Of a stretch of DNA of 64,000 bases, positions 1 through 11,400 are shown in pieces. The stretch is taken from NCBI GenBank assembly GCA_024137785.1, contig JAHRHZ010000084.1, positions 1 through 64,000 of the forward strand, read 5' to 3'. The stretch is from Ginglymostoma cirratum. Taxonomy: Eukaryota. Each line of letters opens with the position of its first letter. Within the stretch, counting starts at the first letter, position 1. The position numbers were made by a program, and so were the translations under genes. Below the pieces are notes generated by a model, which worked only from the letters and a program-made list of their open reading frames with translations, searched no databases and had not been told where the DNA came from.

Positions 1-1450
1 TACTTGTGACTCCAGACCAATAGGAATGAGGTCGACTCTGACCTACCCTCTGGGCAATTAGGGATGGGCAATAAATGCTGGCTAAGTCTGTGATGTCTTC
101 ATCCGATCAATGAATACAAAAACAATATTCCTTTAAACACATAATTGTTTAGTTTCGTAATACTATTATTGAGCATCTCAGCTTTGGAATGTTTTAGATT
201 TCAATTACTTCCATATTTTGTCAATGAACCTGAGTTGCTGGTTCGCTTTCAACTCCAGGACTCATGTTAAATGATCCGAACACCATTGCAGCAGATCATA
301 TTTCTGCAGTCAGTCCTTCCACTTTTATTGATCAATGGAAAACAATAAAGTGCATATCTGACAGGACAAGGAGACACCAAATTTTTAACAGCAGGGTCAA
401 GTTATGATTCAAATCTCATGGCTTAAAGTTCAAAATAAATTTCAACAGTTTCTAGAAAAGTCCAGTGTTGCGACAACACAGCAACACCTGGAAGACCACA
501 CATCACAAACATAATGCTGAAGACAGGTCAATTCAATCCACGTGATCTCCAGTAATAGAGGATTTCTTAAATTATAAAACACAGCTCACATATATCGATT
601 CTTGGCAGGAAAATTTAAAGTTGAGTTCTCTCCAAGACTACCTTGGTTCTGACTTAATTACGTACTGGAATTGTTCTGCTGAATATTGTTAAATGGAATT
701 CATGGTTGCTGTTTTTTACCTGATTTGTACATAGCTGGTCATGTCACTGATTGCTTAGAGTTTGTTGTCCTTAAGAAACCGGTGATGAGCCATCATCAAG
801 AACTGGTGCAGTCAATGCAGTTCAGATCTATCCAAAGTGCTGTGAAGAAGGGGATAGGTAATTTGGATCCAGGAGCAACTCAGATGATTACAATTCGAAG
901 GTGGGTGATCCATATCATGACTGATGACTGCCTATCTTCTATCCAAGGGATACAATTGCATAGTATTATGGAGCATTTCCAATGACCATTCCCGAGATGA
1001 ATGCAGTTGTAACAGAACTCAAGAGAGTAGCATTGTCCAGGACAAAGCAAAACATTTAATCTGAAAACACATTATTTTAAATTATCATTTTACCTCACAC
1101 GTAATAATAGCACTTCAGAAGGAAACAAACTGATCTAGTCAGTCATTAGCAGGCATTTGTAAAGACAGCAAATTAATATGAATAGCACATATGAGAAGTA
1201 AACATGTGATATGTTTAAACTGAAAGCATTGATTTCATACTAAGTTTCCTTCTGAACATCTATGTTAGAAAAGGATCACAACAAATAGAAGCAATCATCG
1301 TTTCTCAGCCTTGACATGTTCCGAGATCCTTTTAAGACTGGAATTGATGGATTTCCGAAACCAAAAATACTCAATGCGGTTTCTTTATCATGAGAGTATT
1401 TCTCGACAGAACTAAGGTGGAACATTGGAAAGAAGGTTGCTGAAGCACCA

Positions 1451-4275
1451 AAACATAGAACATTGAACATAGAACAATACAGCGCAGAACAGGCCCTTCA
1501 GCCCTCGATGTTGCGCCGCCCTGTGAACTAATCTTAGCCCATCCCCCTACACTATCCCATCATCATCCATATGCTTATCCAAGGACTGTTTAAATGCCCT
1601 AATGTGGCTGAGTTAAACTACATTGGCAGGCAGGGCATTCCACACCCTTACCACTCTCTGAGTAAAGAACCTGCCTCTGACATCTGTCTTAAATCTATCA
1701 CCCCTCAATTTGCAGCTATGCCCACTCGTACTAGCCGACGTCATCATCCTAGGAAAAAGACTCTCACTGTCCACCCTATCTAATCCTCTGATCATTTTGT
1801 AGGTCTCTATTAAATCACCTCTTCGCCTTCTTCTCTCCAATGAGAACAGACCCAAGTCCCTCAGCCTTTCCTCATAAGACCTTCGCTCCAGACCAGGCAA
1901 CATCCTGGTAAATCTCCTCTGCACCTTTTCGAATGCTTCCACATCCTTCCTGTAATGGGGCGACCAGAACTGTACAATATATTCCAAGTGAGGCCGCACT
2001 AGCGTTTTGTACAGTTGCAGCATGACATCACGGCTCCGGAACTCAATCCTTCTACCAATGAAACCTAACACACCGTATGCCTTCTTAACAGCACTGTCAA
2101 CCTGGGTGTCAACTTTCAGGGATATTTGTACCTGGACACCAAGATCCCTCTGCACATCCACACTACCAAGAATCTTTCCATTGACCCAGTATTCTGCCTT
2201 CCTATTATTCTTCCCAAAGTGCATCACCTCACATTTATCTGCATTGAACTCCATTTGCCACCTTTCAGCCCAATTCTGAAGCTTATCCAAGTCTCCCTGC
2301 AACCTGCAACATTCTTCCACACTGTCCACCATTCCACCGACTTTAGTGTCATCTGCAAACTGACTAACCCATCCACCTCTGTCTACGTCCAAGTCATTTA
2401 TAAAAATGACAAACAGCAGTGGTCCCAAAACAGATCCTTGTGGCACACCACTAGTAACCAGACTCCAGGCTGAATATTTTCCATCAACCACCACTCTTTG
2501 GCTTCTTTCAGAAAACCAGTTTCTAATCCAAACTGCTAAATCTCCCTCAATCCCATGCCTCCGCATTTTCTCCAATAGCCTGCCATGTGTAACATTATCA
2601 AAGGCTTTGCTGAAGTCCATGTACACCACGTCAACTGCCCTACCCTCATCCACATGCTTGGTCACCTTCTCAAAAAACTCAATGAGGTTTGTGAGACACG
2701 ACCTGCCCTTGACGAATCCATGTTGACTATCTCCAATCAAATTGTTGCTTGCTAGATGATTATAAATCCTGTCTCTTATAATCCTTTCCAAAACTTTTCC
2801 TACAATAAATGTAAGGCTCACTGGTCTATAATTACCTGGGTCATCTCTACTGCCCTTCTTGAACAAGGGCACAACATTTGCAATCCTCCAGTCCTCTGGT
2901 ACTAAACCTGTAGACAATGGCGACTCAAAGATCAAGGCCAAAGGCTCCGCCATCTCCTCCCTAGCTTCCCAGAGAATCCTCGGAAAAATCCCATCCGGCC
3001 CAGGGGATTTATCTACCTTCACACCTTCTAGGATTGATAACACCTCCTTCTTACTAACCTCAATCCATTCAAGTCTAATAGCCCTATCTCAGTCTTCTCC
3101 TCTACAATATTCTCCTTTTCCTGAGTGAAAACAGATGAGAAATATTTGTTTAGCACCTCTCCGATCTCCACAGGGTCCACATACAACTTTCCACTTCTGT
3201 CTTTGACTGGCCCTATTCTTACCCTCGTCATCCTTTTATTCCCCACATACCTATAGAAAGCTTTAGAGTTCTCCTTAATTCTACCTGCGAATGACTCCTC
3301 ATGTCCCCTCCTTGCTCTTCTTAACTCTCTCTTTAAATCCTTCCTAGATAATCTGTTACTCTCCATCGCCTCATCTGAACCATCTCGTCTCAATGTCACA
3401 TAAGCCACCCTCTTCCGCTTAACAAGAGATACAATTTCTTTTGTAAACCAAGGTTCCCTTACCTTATCACTTCCTCCCTGCCTGACAGGGACATACCTAT
3501 CAAGGACACACAATATCTGTTCCTTAAACCAGCTCCACATTTCGATTGTCCCCATCCCCTGCATTTTGCTACCCCATTCTATCCCTCCTAAGTCTTGCCT
3601 AATTGCATTATAGTCTCGCCCATAACTCTTGCCCAGTGGCATGTTCCTATCCCTTTCCATTGCTAAACTAAACGTAACCGAATTATGGTCACTCTCTCCA
3701 AAGTGCTCACCTACCACCAAATCAAACACCTGGCCTGGTTCATTACCAAGTACCAGATCCAGTGTGGCCTCCCCTCTTGTCGGCCCTTCGACATACTGTG
3801 TCAGGAAACCCTCCTGCACACATTGGACAAAAACTGATCCATCCGACGTACTAGAGTTATAGCATTTCCAGTCAATGTTGGGGAAGTTAAAGTCTCCCAT
3901 AATGACCGCCTTGTTCCTTTCACTCCTGCCCAGAATCGTTTTGCCGATCCTCTCCTCCACATCCCTGGAACTTTGTGGAGGCCTATAAAAAATTCCCAGC
4001 AGTGTGACCTCTCCTCTCCTGTTTCTGACCTCAGCCCATACCACCTCAGTAGACGAGTCCTCGTCAAAAGTTCTTTCAGCCACCGTTATACTGTCCTTGA
4101 CTAACAATGCCACACCTCCCCATCTTTTACCACCTTCCCTGATCTTTATAAAAGATCTAAACCCTGGAACCTGCAACATCCATTCCTGACCCTGCTCTAT
4201 CCACGTCTCTGAAATGGCCACAACATCGAAGTCCCAGGTATCGATCTTTGCTGCAAGCTCACCTACCTTATTCGG
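1451..4275 (-). mobile_element. CR1-clade LINE, 5'-truncated, near-intact ORF2 (APE endonuclease + RT)
   Basis: ORF 3028-4302 has SETW, IMGDFNFP and SDHN endonuclease motifs. ORF 1613-3043 has KSPGPDG, YMDFSKAFD, GVPQGSVLGP and FADD. One frameshift lies between them. (TTCTATG)n-type 3' tail near 1451-1475. Absent from copy B. Confidence 0.96.
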
Positions 4276-4393
4276 GAACAATGAGATAAATGAATCATTC
4301 AATAACCAGTTTGTATGTCATGTCGATTGATGAAACAATGTCACAAATTACAAGAATTCGAAATATACTTTAACACAATAACGTGACGAACCC

Positions 4394-4531
4394 GAGATGA
4401 CAAAGGGTAGAGCTGGATGAACAAACGTCAGCTTTCCTGCTCCTCTGATGCTGCTTGGTCTGCTGTGTTCATCCAGCTCTACACCTTGTTATCTAAGGTT
4501 CTCCAGCATCTGCACTTTCTGCTATCTCTGA
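4394..4531. mobile_element. Short Penelope pLTR-derived insertion with inverted 5' piece and target-site duplication
   Basis: Flanked by AATAACGTGACGAACCC (4377-4393) and AACAACGTAACGAACCC (4532-4548). The empty site is present in copy B near 32327-32343. Confidence 0.75.
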
Positions 4532-5442
4532 AACAACGTAACGAACCCAACAGGATGATCAAGTGCTCTCGATTTTAATTTGTAGAGGCATTTAAAAAGT
4601 AATAAGAAAAGGGATTTCGGTAGGGTAATCTGATATTGCTGCTCAGTTCTTGAGGGTATTGGGGTTAGAGGTTTATAATCGAGCCTCACTTTCCTGCTTG
4701 CATTCCAGAATGTAGCAATAGTTTGGCCTCCATGTCCTTCAAATTGCCACAGTTCCAGTGGGCTGCTTCTTTCCAGCATTTCATTTTAAGAAGCTAACAA
4801 CACTGAAAACCAAAAGCACTTGTCCGTGTCTGCCGAACAAGGAGCCAACAAATCAAAGCATACTATCGACGATTCAGTGTGAAGTATTGCAAATTACAGC
4901 ACTTCAAGTGCACATCCGAGCCAAAACAACTTGTGAAAGGGACAAAGGTGCCTGTCTTTGATATCTGTTCAGGCAACACGTTCCCGATAGTGACCGCACT
5001 CTGGGATAAATTGTTTCATCATCTCCCGGTCAAGCTTTTCTAAATCTATAACCCCCGCATCACTGACCCCAATATGAAGGTCACTGACCATTTCCCCATC
5101 GGCCCATCTCAGTTTTGTGCATTCCAATGAAATTCCCCTTCGACCCATATTCCTTCCGTGGTAAAATCTTCATCGCACCCAATCCAATCACGTCTCAACA
5201 ACAACCTCCCAAATACCTTCTGTACCTTCCCTCGTGTTGTCATCTTTGTCGCAGTTTCCAGTTACGAAACCAACAGATCTTATTTGAAAAGGCGTGCGTT
5301 TTTTACACTCAGAAAGTAGTCATGTGCTCATTGACGCACACAACCCTACGTGACTAAGTTGGAGACACAGCTGAGCATTTCAGAAGCATTTGTCTGTCCT
5401 GTTCTCAGTCACAACTAATGGTCTCAGATTTTCGCTGCCAAT

Positions 5443-5485
5443 ATGTCACTGTGGGATGTCTGTCTGCTGCGCATCTTGTGTGCAG
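5443..5485 (+). CDS. Gene A leader exon (MSLWDVCLLRILCA)
   Basis: ATG at 5443, hydrophobic peptide, phase-1 donor G|GTACA. The B copy differs by an in-frame 12-nt indel. Confidence 0.7.
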
Positions 5486-8400
5486 GTACATTTTTCTTTT
5501 GCTGTGCATTCACCGATCATAAGCAAGACATAAAGTAAACTTACAGCTAGATTTAATAAATAAATGGATATTTTTCATTCTTGTGGTCTTTTTCTTTTCA
5601 AGTCAGTTATTCGCAGAACTCATTTGTCATTGGGTCTGTCAGAAAAAAAACATTCAATTAGTACAATCGTTTTAAAATGGGAGAATTAGTCGAACAGTAA
5701 AATGTGGTAAATTACTGTTGCATCAGTGGCCTGGAATAATGATGTTATTTGGGTGATGCAGACTGTCCTTCTTGTTTAATCTCAGTGTGTCTCCTTGGTT
5801 GACAGTTGCTGTGGGCAATTCAGCCAAAGTGAATCCTGATCTTACACGAAAAACGGCGCAGAGAGGTTCATCAGTTCTCATGCAATGTCCTTTCTCCTAC
5901 GAGTTCGACTATTCAAATGTTGTTGCTCACTGGTGGAGAGAAGGTCACAAAACCTTTCTGCAGGAAGATAGCAAAAAGTTCTTCCGTGTAATTAAAGGAG
6001 AAGCCAACCTTAATCTTCTGAATGTGACTGTCCGGGATGCTGGAACATATCACTGTGCAGTCGCATATCAACATCGAAAGCTTGGGAAAGCTGCTGTGCA
6101 ACTTATTGTATTTGGTAAGTGTCACCCCAGATAAACACGGAGTGCTCGCTGCTTGAAAACAATCAACAACAGTAATCAAAACAGTTAATTAGACACAGAC
6201 ATTTTGTGTAAAATATTTGCAGTTGTTTAAAATGAAATGTGTTCAAGAATATGGAGACCTTGGAGAACCAGTAACACCTCAAAATTTGAGATCTACACTC
6301 TATTAAAAATGAATCACTTGTTGGATGTGGGCGCGTCACTGGCTGGCCAGCATTTATTGCCTGTTCCTAGTTGCCCTTGACAAGGTGGTGGTGAGCTGCC
6401 TTCTTGAACCGCTGCAGTCCATGTGCTGTAAATAGACTCACAATGACATTAGGGAAAATTACAGTATTTTCACTCAGTGTCAGTGAAGGAACAGTGATGT
6501 ATTTTCAAGTCAGGATGGTGAGTGCCTTGGGAGAAACTTGCATGGGGTGGTGTTCCGATATCCATGCTGCCCTCGCCCTTCCAGATGGTAGTGATCGTGG
6601 GTTTGGATGGTGTTGACTGAGGGTTTTTGCTGAATTTCTGCAATGCATCTTAAAGTTACTCACTGCTGCTGCTGAGTATCTGTGGTGAAGTGACTGAATG
6701 TGGTGCCAATCAAGTGAGTGACTTTTTACTGGATGGTGTCAAACTTCTTAAGTGTTTTTAGACCTGCAGGCACGCAGGCAAATGGGGAGCATTCCAACAG
6801 ACTCCTGACTTGTGCCTTGTCGGTGGTGGACAGTCTTTGGGGAGTCAGCAGTTGAGTTACTCGGTGCAGTATTCCCAGCCTCTGATCCATGGTTCTATTT
6901 ATATGGCTCGCCCAGTTCTGTTTCTGCTCAATGGTAACGCCCAAAATGTGGATAGTGGGGAATTCACTAATGGTGATGCCACTGAATGTTAAGGGATGGA
7001 TAGTTCGATTATTTCTTATTTGACAATGTGTTTGCTTGGCATTTGTGTGGCCAGAATGTTCCTGTCAACTTTTGAGCCCAAACCTGGCTGTTGTTCAGTT
7101 CTTGCTGCACTTGGTCATGGTTTGCTTCTCTCTTATGTATTTAGTTTGTCTGCATTTATGCATTTTGCAGCAAAATTTATTGCAGTACTTTCAGGTTTTT
7201 CTTGTGTATGAATATGGAGTTACAGTATGAATAACCTTGAAGTTGTTTGCAATACTGTGCATTTTGAAATGTTCCTTACCTCACGAAAAGAGCCAAATTC
7301 TCAATCCCATCACTTGGATGTTTTTTGTTAAATTTGTTGGATCCAGGTCCAATGCCTCATCCTGTTGGCAACAGAAAGATGCAGTTTGACAATTCAATCA
7401 TGTTCCTATTATTAAGTAAAGATAAATTCTGGAAACTCCTTTTTCTAAATATGCAGGAGGTATATTTAAAGGATTTGAGGGACTTTTTTTAATCTGATAA
7501 ATGTTATCTCAATTTCATGTACTGTTCATAGAAACAATTGATACAACAGCCGTGCTGGAAATAAATTGTTTCGATAACATACTTTTTGCAGAAAATGCAA
7601 AGTCGGTTCATTTAATTTGTGTTATTTACCATTCAGCTCCACCAGCTCCTCTGAAAATTGACTCTGTTCCATCCGAAGATCTTTTTTCTGCTTCTCCCCG
7701 ACTCCGGTGCAGGACGTCTGACTTTTACCCAAAAGACTTTAAACTGACTTGGTACAAAAATGGAACAAACATATTGACAGGATTTAGGAATGAACAGCAG
7801 GCAAAACCTGACGATCTTTATGAAGTCATCAGCACCTTGGATTTGGAAGAGGCAATTGAGAGCGGGACAGTTTACACCTGTCAAGTATATCACGTTTCAA
7901 GCTCACTTCCAGCAAATGCCAGCTATACTGTGACGAATAAAGGTACCATTTCATTATATGTGGTACATTGAATGTTCACGTATCATTCAAAATGGGTAAA
8001 TATGTAGAAAGTGATTATGGCAGTTATTTGCATGTGATAACATCAAAATACAGTGATTTGTATGTGATTAAGTCAAAGTTGAAATCAAGCCCTATTGTAT
8101 GGATTTAAGTTTTCTTTCTTCATGTTGTTTGGAACTGATATGTAGTTATGACATGTGACTTTATTAAATGAGGTATCAGTCCTCAACACTGGTCACAGAA
8201 TTATTTTCTGCACACACTGATGACTCGCAAAGGGCTGCATGATCAATGTTAATTCTTCACAAAAGGTGAACAGTATTGAATTTGGTCGGGCCACATGTGA
8301 AGTTATTGTGTGCAGTTCTGTTCACCCTACTACAAAAGGGATTTTATGAAACTAGAAAGAGTGCAGAAAATATTTCCTAGGATGCAACATGGACTGGAAG

Positions 8401-11400
8401 GTTTGAGTTAAAAGGAGAGGGTGGATAGGCTGGGACTGTGTTTTTTTGCCCCTGGTGAGTAGGAGAGGACTTTAGAATCATGAGAGGCATAGATAAATAG
8501 AGAGATAACAGCTTTTCCACATCGTAGGGGAATCTAAAACTAGAGGGCAATCGTTTAAGTTGAAAGGAAAGAGATACAAAAGAGTCCAATGCAGCAATTT
8601 TTTTTTTTTTTTTACAAAGCGATGAGTGTGGTGAGTCTTGAATGGGCTGTCAGAGGTACTGGTGGAGGCGAGCACCGTTTTGTCATTGAAAGAACATTTG
8701 GAAAGGTAAATGGATGGTTCGGGCATGGAGGGACATGTATGAAATTCAGCAACTGGGACGAGTTTAATTGTGAAAATTGGGCAGCACAGAAAAGTTGGGA
8801 TGAAAGGCCTGTTTCCATGCTGTAAATCTCTACGACTCTGTGATATAGCTACACTCAACCAGCAGCTTCAGTTTAATTCCCCATTCATTAGAGTGCAACA
8901 TACTTGATTAATTGCTGAACTTTAATTCATAGCTGATTGGGTTGTAGCTGCAGAGACATTAAAATTATTTTAACTGAAGTTTAAATCTACGTGAAACTGA
9001 AGGAAATCTGGAAACAGGTTCAATTATCTATTTTTTCAGACATTTTGTACGCAATCCAATTCAACTCCCACCAAATGATTTAATATTTTGTGACAGAGCA
9101 TCAAGGACTGAACACTAATTGCAATTAACTCGGTTTCCATTAATTTCAAATTTGTCATTAGTTGAGGTACTTTCAGCATTTGCCTATTTCTCTAAATTCC
9201 AGAGATTTTGTGTCTGACTGCATAGGGATCAGTTTAACAAAGAGACAACAAAATTGAAATGCTGAGACTTGATGTCCTATATTTGTCATATTTACAAGGC
9301 AGTACAATTGAGAATGATGCACATGACATTTTAACCTGTATATCTTCAGTTTATATTGTCACTACTAAATTTGAATGTACATTAACATTACAGATTTTGC
9401 TTCTAAAATCAGTGTTACTATGGCCGCTCGTTGTGCTGCTGGTGCATTTGCAATTCTAATGTTGGTTGCGATGATTGCCAAGGATTTTCTGTTCTTTCCG
9501 TCCAAAGGTATGAATAGGGATAAAAGCACTCATTGAAATTAACATAATTGGGAACTGAACTTTTGAAATGTGTAACTTCAGCAACTATTTTATGTGAAAA
9601 CTCATTCAAATATATACCTTGCTTCACATCGAATTATAAAACATGAAGATTTGCAGCTTCAGTTTGCTAAGTTGTATTGGTGTAGATCAAAATTGTGATG
9701 GTGAAATTCATTGCTGAAAGAAGTTTCCGTGGCTTCAACCCTCTAAACATAAATTCAAAGCATCTGTGTGTAACATTTAGAGCAACATTGCGAAACTGTT
9801 GGTCCTGTTATACCCTGTTCATAATTGCCAAATATTAGTTTACTTGCTTTTGGTCTCTTTGATTTGTTGTTGAGTACAAATATCAATCATTGTTGTTGTC
9901 AACTTATGTCATTTTTATTTCTCAGGACGGGGAACGAACATATCAATAAATCCAACTCAGCAAGAAGATGTGGTGAGGCAATTTTCCTTTATTCTGTATA
10001 CTTTAATTTTCAAGTCTCGTTGAACAATTTAAACTGGGAATCTGCATATGACTTTTGAACATGCCAAGAGAAGTCTTGAAGATTTCATCAGCGGTCAAAA
10101 GCATAATTGCAGCTGAATAAAAACAAAATAAAGGAAATAGGATATCGCGGGAAGTTTCACAAACTGTTGTAACTATTTTATATCATCACACTTGTTTATA
10201 AATGTGTAAGCTATATCAATTAACTTTTGCTGATACTTCCAACTACCAATCATAGGTTTGAAGCTGACAGACAACTTTGATTTTTCTCTTCTTTCATTAT
10301 TAACAAGGACAGTGTGCTGAATAATTTTGCCACATTGATTACAGACATTACAGTCAATGTTGATTACATTGAGCTGATGGCTATTTTGAATAGTAGGTTC
10401 GTAATTGCAAAGCGAGATGTTTGTTCTCTCCTTCCTTTCGACGCCGTTCAAAATTAACTCATGCATTAATCTCAGTTCAGTGATGATGTCTGACTTCTAC
10501 TAGATGAAGCCTGTACCAAAGAACTTAATATATTTTGCGGACAGCTTGCACAACTTGACTCCCTTAAATAACTTTTACCGTAGGCTGCCCCTCTGCTAGT
10601 GCAACGTGCTGCAACTGCATGATACCTTGAAACAGAAATAGCCGAACTGCTGTGAGGAAATCTTGTCTCATTTTTAATTTTCAAAAATTGGATATCAGCG
10701 ACATGTGAGAGGAAGCTCCCTATCTGTTGACTAATTCAGTAATAACTGAGAACAGTTTGTTCAAACTCTTAAAAAAGTAAATCTTTGTTGCCGACGTCAG
10801 AGTGCGCAACTGAATTCAACATGTGGTTCTTAACTGCGAATGAATGCATTGCATACCAGCAGATTTAATCACTTTAAATGCATTGTTTGAGCTGTTGAAA
10901 TCTTTCAATGAATTCATTGGCCTTATTGTCTCAGTTTCGGTCGAGGTTCTAAACTTGCCTTTTTAAAGAAATTTCGCCGAAATCAAGTCCCTGACAACAA
11001 TGCAACTAACCTTCCTGGACTGCAGTAAATCAAGAAAGCTGGTTAACTTCTGGGGTCTTAATAGGAAGTAGTTATTGGCACCAAATACTGGTCTTGTCAC
11101 CGAGGCTCTCATGCCATTAAAAATAGTTCGTGGTGCAGAAAAGACTCATTTCTGTACTGGTGGTGCAGCAAAAGTTAAATTTCTTTCTTGGCGACTTCAC
11201 AAAACCGGAACAAATTCTTTATTCCATTGCTGCACGTCTTTCTGTGAAATGTTGCAGCTGCACTGTTGGAGATAACGGAATAAAGTCCTCTGATGTCCAG
11301 GTGCGATGCTTAGCCTGTGTTTCATTATTTGATAAACAGTGGATCAGATCAAAAGAGAAGACAAGATTATCTGTGATTGAGAAATAACTCACAGAAGATC

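Noticed and set aside
686-1055. ORF 686-985 with a similar ORF at 31505-31795 and exon-like borders on the minus strand
   Set aside because: The similarity follows from the segmental duplication. The minus-strand frames examined have several stops, and the sequence resembles a decayed LINE 3' end.
6051-6057. Perfect RSS heptamer CACTGTG at the V-domain YHC codons (also in B near 33876)
   Set aside because: No GGTTTTTGT-like nonamer at 12- or 23-nt spacing. It is explained by the His-Cys-Ala codons.
10472-10684. Antisense ORF similar in A and B (38137-38406)
   Set aside because: Short, no recognisable domain, and explained by the duplication and by overlap with the candidate sense exon.
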